From Planctomycetota bacterium (GTDB taxonomy: Bacteria > Planctomycetota > GCA-002687715 > DRQF01), in the NCBI GenBank assembly GCA_027001995.1, contig JALTLO010000055.1, forward strand, positions 1-20,802: 20,802 nt of DNA. Direction: 5' to 3'. Below, in pieces: positions 16,052-20,802 of this stretch. The notes under the pieces are model-generated. The model made no database searches, was not told the DNA's origin, and worked only from the letters and a program-made list of their open reading frames with translations. How positions within the stretch are numbered: position 1 is the stretch's first letter; each line of letters begins with the position of its first letter. Both the position numbers and the translations under genes were made by a program.

Positions 16052-17905
16052 TTGACCAGTCCAAGCGATAATTCGGGTGTCTCTAAGATCGGTCTGCCGC
16101 GGGCTTTTGACCTCACCTGGCCCTTATTGGTGGGATTTCTTGCGATTTTGGTCACTCCCTGGGATGAGCCTCTGACTGCCGCCATCAATCCTTTAAGTCC
16201 GATTCCTTGGTTGGACACTTGGGCACATTTTCTTGACAAGTGGTCGACGCGCATCGAGCTATTGCTGCTCTTGAGTTTGTTTTTCTTGTCTCATTTGTGG
16301 ACGAAGTTCAAAACGCAGCGCAAGAGCCTCTGCGGCTTTGTCTCGGCTTGGGTCCTTTGTGAGATCGTGGTTGGGACTTTGAAGCGGGTGACTCATCGTC
16401 CCAGACCTGGGCATGTTGAAGGAATGCAGGACCAACTCCGGGTTCTTTTTGATCACATCGACTACAAGAGTTTTCCTTCTGGCCATACTGCTTTCGCCGT
16501 AACCGTGGCGCTTTTCTTGACTGTTTGGCGCCCGAAAAGCCTTTGGGTGCCTCTGGGATGGGGGCTGGCGATTCTCATTGGTCTTGGGCGTATCTACATT
16601 GGCGCACATCACCCCAGCGACGTTCTCGCTGGGGCCGCCGTGGGCTGGTTGCTGATGACAGTTTCCTGGAAAGCCACAACACCGGGTCGAGGCATTTTCG
16701 CATTTATTTATCCTCCCAAGCGTTTGGCACCCATGATTCTTGTGGTTTGGGCGTTGGTCGTGGGCTGGATTTTTCATGACTCCATTTCCTTACGGGACGG
16801 GATTTCCGGCGAGGTCTTGGCCAATTGGCACCTTCCTAAACAAGACTGGCTCCATGTCCTTGGGGAACCCATCTTTGGGCCGGCGCGGAAGATCGCAAGC
16901 CTGCCGGACTTAAGGATGGTTGTCCTGTGGGGAGGGTTTTGGCTCCTTTTTCTGTCTATCTTGGCCTTTCTTAAATGGGGTCTACGATCTCTCAAAGTCA
17001 CCACTTCTGTGATAGCCGCATCTTTGATCTGGGGGTTTTTGGCGATCAGCGGTGGTGCTGGTTGGGGGGGAAGGCCTCGTTCAGATGAGGCAAGAACATA
17101 TTGGGCATTTGATGCTCAGAGTCATTTGGGTGATCCCTATGACGGGGCTGTGAGCCTTGAGGACGGACTGAAGCGTTTTGCTGATTTGGGTTATAACATG
17201 GTGATTCCGACCTGGCATGATGCTTGGGCTCAAGGTTATATCTTGAGGGACAAAGCTGGCTGGGAGCCCATGGAGTTCTTTGGTGCGGAATGGAGCGGCG
17301 GGGACCCGGCGGACCATCCCCTTCACCTTTTGGTCTACAATCGTTCTGCCACCCCAAAGAATTTGAAGGCAATCACAGACTACTCTCTGTTGATTGAGGC
17401 GGTTCATCAAGCCGGTGGGCTTGTCATCGCTTCGCATTTTTGGCGAGGGGATAATGGGGCTATGCCATCGTCAGAGGAGTTGATCGCCGCCAACATTGAT
17501 GGATTTGAAGTAGCTGGCAGGAATGAGGAAGGCAGTTCGGAGGCCCTGGAGCGTTTAGGTGCACTTCGAGGTGGCATTGCCAAGCACAATCTCTTGGCTT
17601 TGGGAAACAGCGACTTTCACGGCAAACGTGGCTTCAACCAAGTGTGGAATATGGTGCCTCAGGACTTGGTGCCCCTCAGCCCGTCGGGTTTGATGGATGT
17701 CTTGAATTCTGGCAATCAAAAGCATCGCGTTGTGTCACTTCACTCTGACCCTGTGACTGGAATCTTCGGGCCATGGCACGCCCTTGTTCGCTATTTGCGG
17801 GAACTGCCCAAGAAGGGCCGAGTGGTATGGTTGCTGTGGGTGACAATCGCCGGTGTGCTTGTTTGGCGCCGGGGAATCAATATTCCATCTTCGAAAACAG
17901 AGTAA
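16052..17905 (+). CDS. PAP2 (type 2 phosphatidic acid/undecaprenyl-PP phosphatase family) membrane domain fused to a PHP-family domain
   Basis: PAP2 motifs KRVTHRPRP, SFPSGH and GRIYIGAHHPSDV. Further TM helices follow, then PHP-like FDAQSH..DG, PTWHD, GAEWS, HLLV, SHFWR, DGFEV, GNSDFHG and a final TM helix. The TTG start is uncertain. Confidence 0.82.
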   Translation: MTSPSDNSGVSKIGLPRAFDLTWPLLVGFLAILVTPWDEPLTAAINPLSPIPWLDTWAHFLDKWSTRIELLLLLSLFFLSHLWTKFKTQRKSLCGFVSAWVLCEIVVGTLKRVTHRPRPGHVEGMQDQLRVLFDHIDYKSFPSGHTAFAVTVALFLTVWRPKSLWVPLGWGLAILIGLGRIYIGAHHPSDVLAGAAVGWLLMTVSWKATTPGRGIFAFIYPPKRLAPMILVVWALVVGWIFHDSISLRDGISGEVLANWHLPKQDWLHVLGEPIFGPARKIASLPDLRMVVLWGGFWLLFLSILAFLKWGLRSLKVTTSVIAASLIWGFLAISGGAGWGGRPRSDEARTYWAFDAQSHLGDPYDGAVSLEDGLKRFADLGYNMVIPTWHDAWAQGYILRDKAGWEPMEFFGAEWSGGDPADHPLHLLVYNRSATPKNLKAITDYSLLIEAVHQAGGLVIASHFWRGDNGAMPSSEELIAANIDGFEVAGRNEEGSSEALERLGALRGGIAKHNLLALGNSDFHGKRGFNQVWNMVPQDLVPLSPSGLMDVLNSGNQKHRVVSLHSDPVTGIFGPWHALVRYLRELPKKGRVVWLLWVTIAGVLVWRRGINIPSSKTE

Positions 17906-18329
17906 TCACACTCTTGGAATCCTTGGTGTCGATGATGCCTTTGCGGGTGTCTTCGTTTTTCAATGTATGGGTGATCTTCGCCAAGATTCTAAGGTATTCT
18001 TCGTGAGCGTCGTCTGGCGCCGCAATCATCACGATGATGTTGACAGCCTTGCCGTCCATGGATTCGAAGGGGATACCTTCTTTGCTGATGCCGATGACGG
18101 CACAGAACTTCTTGACTTGAGGGATCTTGGCGTGGGGCACTGCCAAGCCGAAACCAATGCCTGTGGAGAGGATTTTCTCTCGATCTTTGATGGCACGGCG
18201 AAGCTTGTCCCGGCTGGTGATTTCTCGCCTGCGAGCTAAGACTTCAATCATCTGCTCGAGGGCCTCACGTTTGTCTTTTGTTTCAAGACGAATAACACCG
18301 CGCGAATTGATTAGTTCACCGAGATCCAT
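17877..18329 (-). CDS. PTS EIIA protein (fructose/nitrogen-type, PtsN-like)
   Basis: REKILSTGIGFGLAVPHAK (phospho-His), GIPFESMDGKAVNIIVMI, YLRILA. ATG 18329 has GGGAG 5 nt upstream; the alternative start is TTG 18374. Confidence 0.9.
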   Translation of the reverse strand: MDLGELINSRGVIRLETKDKREALEQMIEVLARRREITSRDKLRRAIKDREKILSTGIGFGLAVPHAKIPQVKKFCAVIGISKEGIPFESMDGKAVNIIVMIAAPDDAHEEYLRILAKITHTLKNEDTRKGIIDTKDSKSVITLFSKMEY

Positions 18330-18670
18330 GACTACTCCCTGGGGCGCAGGACTGATTTTCGAATCCTGCGACAAATCGTCGTATCCTGGTTTTCTTGACC
18401 GTCCTTGGTGCCCAAGAGTCGTTTCAGAAGAAAACCCATGCTCAACCGGGGAACAATACGGGAATACACTCGGATTTCAACAGTCCAGATCCACCAGTTT
18501 GAGCAGTTCTATGGGCGGGATCCGAGGAATAAGTCGGCTTTCCCCCGCGTTGCCCGTTTTGAACCCTTAGGCTAACATAGAAAAATGCTATAGCGGCTGC
18601 AGAAAAGGGCCCGGATCGGAATTGGAGCCGGAATCGCCAGTTCCGTTGAATTTGTTGCAGGAGAGCTTTT

Positions 18671-19612
18671 GTGAGTGATATTGAGAAGACCAAAGTTGCC
18701 ATTATTGGGTCTGGGCCAGCGGGATGGACCGCGGCGATCTATACGGCCCGTGCCAATTTGTCGCCGATTATTTTCGAAGGTCTTCAACCTGGCGGTCAAT
18801 TGACGATCACCACAGAAGTCGAGAATTATCCGGGTTTTCCCGAAGGGGTTCAGGGCCCAGATCTCATGATGCAGTTCAAAGCGCAGGCCATGCGCTTTGA
18901 GACGGTTTGCTACTCTGAAAACATTGTGAAAGTCGATTTCTCCTCCAGACCCTTCAAAATCTGGTCTGACAACCGAGAAGTCCACACCGACAGCATCATT
19001 ATTGCCACAGGGGCCACGGCCCGCTATTTGGGCCTGCCAGGAGAAGAGGCCTACTACAACAAAGGCATCTCAGCCTGCGCCACATGTGATGGATTTTTCT
19101 TCCGGGGCAAGGACGTGGTGGTCATCGGCGGTGGTGATTCCGCTGTTGAAGAAGCCACTTTTCTCACGCGATTCTGCAATGAGGTCACCTTGATTCATCG
19201 TCGAGATGAGTTGCGCGCCAGTAAGATCATGGCGAAGCGAGCTTTGGAGCATGAGACCCTCAAGATCAGGTGGAATAGCTCTGTTGTTGGCTATCATGGG
19301 GATGACAATGGTGTAATTCGGGCCGTCACCCTCAAGGATACAGTCACTGGGGAGGAAGTTGAGAAAGAAGTCCAAGGGGTCTTCATGGGAATCGGTCACA
19401 AGCCCAATACTGAGATCTTTCAAGGGTTACTCGATATGGACGAGGCGGGCTATTTGATCACCCAAGACAACAACACATACACCAATATCGACGGTGTTTT
19501 CGCTTGTGGCGACGTTCAAGATACGGTCTATCGTCAAGCGATCACAGCTTCGGGCACTGGCTGCATGGCTGCCATTGACGCCGAGCGCTGGTTGGAATCT
19601 CAAGAAAGCTAA
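18671..19612 (+). CDS. trxB: Thioredoxin-disulfide reductase
   Basis: IIGSGPAG, GGQL, VENYPGF, CATCDG redox motif, GGGDSAVEEA, HRRDELRAS, GVFACGDV, RQAITA. GTG start with AGGAG RBS. Confidence 0.97.
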   Translation: MSDIEKTKVAIIGSGPAGWTAAIYTARANLSPIIFEGLQPGGQLTITTEVENYPGFPEGVQGPDLMMQFKAQAMRFETVCYSENIVKVDFSSRPFKIWSDNREVHTDSIIIATGATARYLGLPGEEAYYNKGISACATCDGFFFRGKDVVVIGGGDSAVEEATFLTRFCNEVTLIHRRDELRASKIMAKRALEHETLKIRWNSSVVGYHGDDNGVIRAVTLKDTVTGEEVEKEVQGVFMGIGHKPNTEIFQGLLDMDEAGYLITQDNNTYTNIDGVFACGDVQDTVYRQAITASGTGCMAAIDAERWLESQES

Positions 19613-19634
19613 GACCCCCAAAGGATCGACCAGA

Positions 19635-20549
19635 ATGCCTGTAGTTTCGAGTCTTTTCGACAAAGCCATCGCAGCATCTCTGCCTCTTGTGCCCAAGGCC
19701 ATTGTTCGCAAATTCGCTAAACGTTACGTCGCCGGAGAAAAATTGGATGAGGCCGTCGCCCGGGTCAAGGACTTGGGGAAATGGGGGGCCTGCGCCACCA
19801 TTGATGTGCTGGGCGAAGAAATCGAGAATATCGCCGCAGGTGATGAGGCTAGGAAGCAGTACATCGACGTCTTAGACCGTATCAGGTCTGAGAATTTGGA
19901 CGCAAACATCAGCATCAAGCTCACGGCTTTTGGCCTCAAGATCGACAAGGAGGTCACCTATGAGCGGGTGAGGGCCGTCGTGAGTCACGCTCAAAGTCTG
20001 GGTAATTTTGTCCGTATTGACATGGAAGATTCCCCAACGACGTCGGATACGATCGCCATCTACCGCCGTCTTCGAGCTGAAGGATTTGATAACACAGGGT
20101 TGGTGTTGCAAGCCTATATGCGCCGATCAGCCCAAGACGTGGCAGAACTGAAAGATCTTAAGCCGAGCTATCGGCTATGTAAGGGGATCTATGTAGAGCC
20201 AGAGGAGATCGCTTACAAGGGCTTCCAAGAAATCAACAACAACTTCATCACTGTCCTTGGTGACATGTTTGACGCCAGCTCTTACGTGGGTATCGCGACC
20301 CATGATCACGACTTAGCCGATCGAGCTGAGAAACTTCTGAAAGAGCGCCAGATTGCCAAAGAGTCCTACGAATTCCAGATGCTCTTGGGAGTTGATCAGT
20401 CTCTCGGGGTGAAGCTCATCAAAGCTGGGCACAAATTGCGGGTTTACGTGCCTTTTGGAGATGAGTGGTATCTCTACTGCATGCGCCGTTTGAAGGAGAA
20501 TCCGAAGATTGGACGTTATGTTCTCTTCGGCATGTTTAAGAAGGGGTAG
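19635..20549 (+). CDS. Monofunctional proline dehydrogenase (ProDH)
   Basis: RYVAGE, DVLGE, SIKLT, RIDMED, LQAYMRR, RLCKGIY, IATHD, EFQMLLG, RVYVPFG, YCMRRLKE. ATG 19635 has AAGGA upstream, 22 nt after the trxB stop. Confidence 0.93.
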   Translation: MPVVSSLFDKAIAASLPLVPKAIVRKFAKRYVAGEKLDEAVARVKDLGKWGACATIDVLGEEIENIAAGDEARKQYIDVLDRIRSENLDANISIKLTAFGLKIDKEVTYERVRAVVSHAQSLGNFVRIDMEDSPTTSDTIAIYRRLRAEGFDNTGLVLQAYMRRSAQDVAELKDLKPSYRLCKGIYVEPEEIAYKGFQEINNNFITVLGDMFDASSYVGIATHDHDLADRAEKLLKERQIAKESYEFQMLLGVDQSLGVKLIKAGHKLRVYVPFGDEWYLYCMRRLKENPKIGRYVLFGMFKKG

Positions 20550-20576
20550 AGGGACGGTCCTCGGGAAATCCTTCAA

Positions 20577-20661
20577 TAGGCAAGGAGGGACTCGAACCCT
20601 CACGTTCCAATGGAACTCGGGATTTTAAGTCCCGTGCGTCTGCCAATTCCGCCACTTGCCC
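20577..20661 (-). tRNA. tRNA-Leu(TAA), 85 nt, CCA not encoded
   Basis: Reverse complement GGGCAAG TGGCGGAATTGGCAGACGCA CGGGA CTTAAAA TCCCG AGTTCCATTGGAACGT GAGGG TTCGAGT CCCTC CTTGCCT A. It shows acceptor stem (G1-U72), D-loop GG, anticodon TAA, long variable arm, T-loop TTCGA and discriminator A. Confidence 0.97.
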
Positions 20662-20700
20662 AACTCACCGCCCCAAGACTGGATTGGCTTGTTGTGCGAC

Positions 20701-20729
20701 ATGGTTCCGCGACTGAGGGCGGGAGTCAA
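20701..20729 (-). promoter_or_regulatory. Putative sigma70-type promoter for tRNA-Leu
   Basis: On the minus strand, TTGACT-17 nt-AACCAT lies ~40 nt upstream of the tRNA 5' end. The -35 and spacing are good; the -10 is weak. Confidence 0.4.
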
Positions 20730-20802
20730 GGGTCTTTTTTGGGTCATCTCATCAAATCTCCCCCGTCGCTTTCTCAATCAAAGAAAGTACAATGAGTCAA
20801 AT

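Noticed and set aside
19494..19634. N-terminal extension of ProDH overlapping trxB
   Set aside because: It overlaps trxB out of frame, and ATG 19635 has its own RBS and gives a typical ProDH length.
173..20795. Many short alternative-frame and antisense ORFs in the track (e.g. 173-508, 3496-3834, 5103-5627, 15178-15657, 16259-16777, 18127-18570)
   Set aside because: They are shadows of well-supported genes, with no recognisable motifs.
20550..20802. Genomic island or prophage integrated at tRNA-Leu
   Set aside because: The tRNA 3' end abuts the ProDH stop. No integrase or duplicated tRNA 3' fragment was noticed in the window.
1..20802. CRISPR array, IS element or long repeat
   Set aside because: No regularly spaced repeats, transposase motifs or terminal inverted repeats were seen by eye, and the window is almost entirely coding.

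Overview
Gene-dense bacterial window with no mobile elements or CRISPR array seen. Housekeeping genes flank it: a partial SMC/SbcC-like gene and queG on the left; PTS EIIA, trxB, proline dehydrogenase and tRNA-Leu(TAA) on the right. Between them is a ~16 kb block that looks like a cell-envelope glycan modification locus. It holds two divergent Kdo/WaaP-family kinases (one followed by a MocA-like nucleotidyltransferase) and an operon of flippase, GT2, GT4 and a 1324-aa membrane-anchored Thr-type sulfatase-like protein. A convergent two-gene operon encodes a divergent pyruvate kinase fused to a LicC/PntC-like nucleotidyltransferase, translationally coupled to sulfate adenylyltransferase (sat). 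A PAP2-PHP phosphatase fusion follows. The best candidate for an undescribed system is the PK-NTase + Sat operon: the PK lacks its C domain and has several active-site substitutions, the NTase lacks its signature Arg, and no APS kinase or sulfotransferase lies in the window. All family calls come from reading motifs by eye; no database searches were run.
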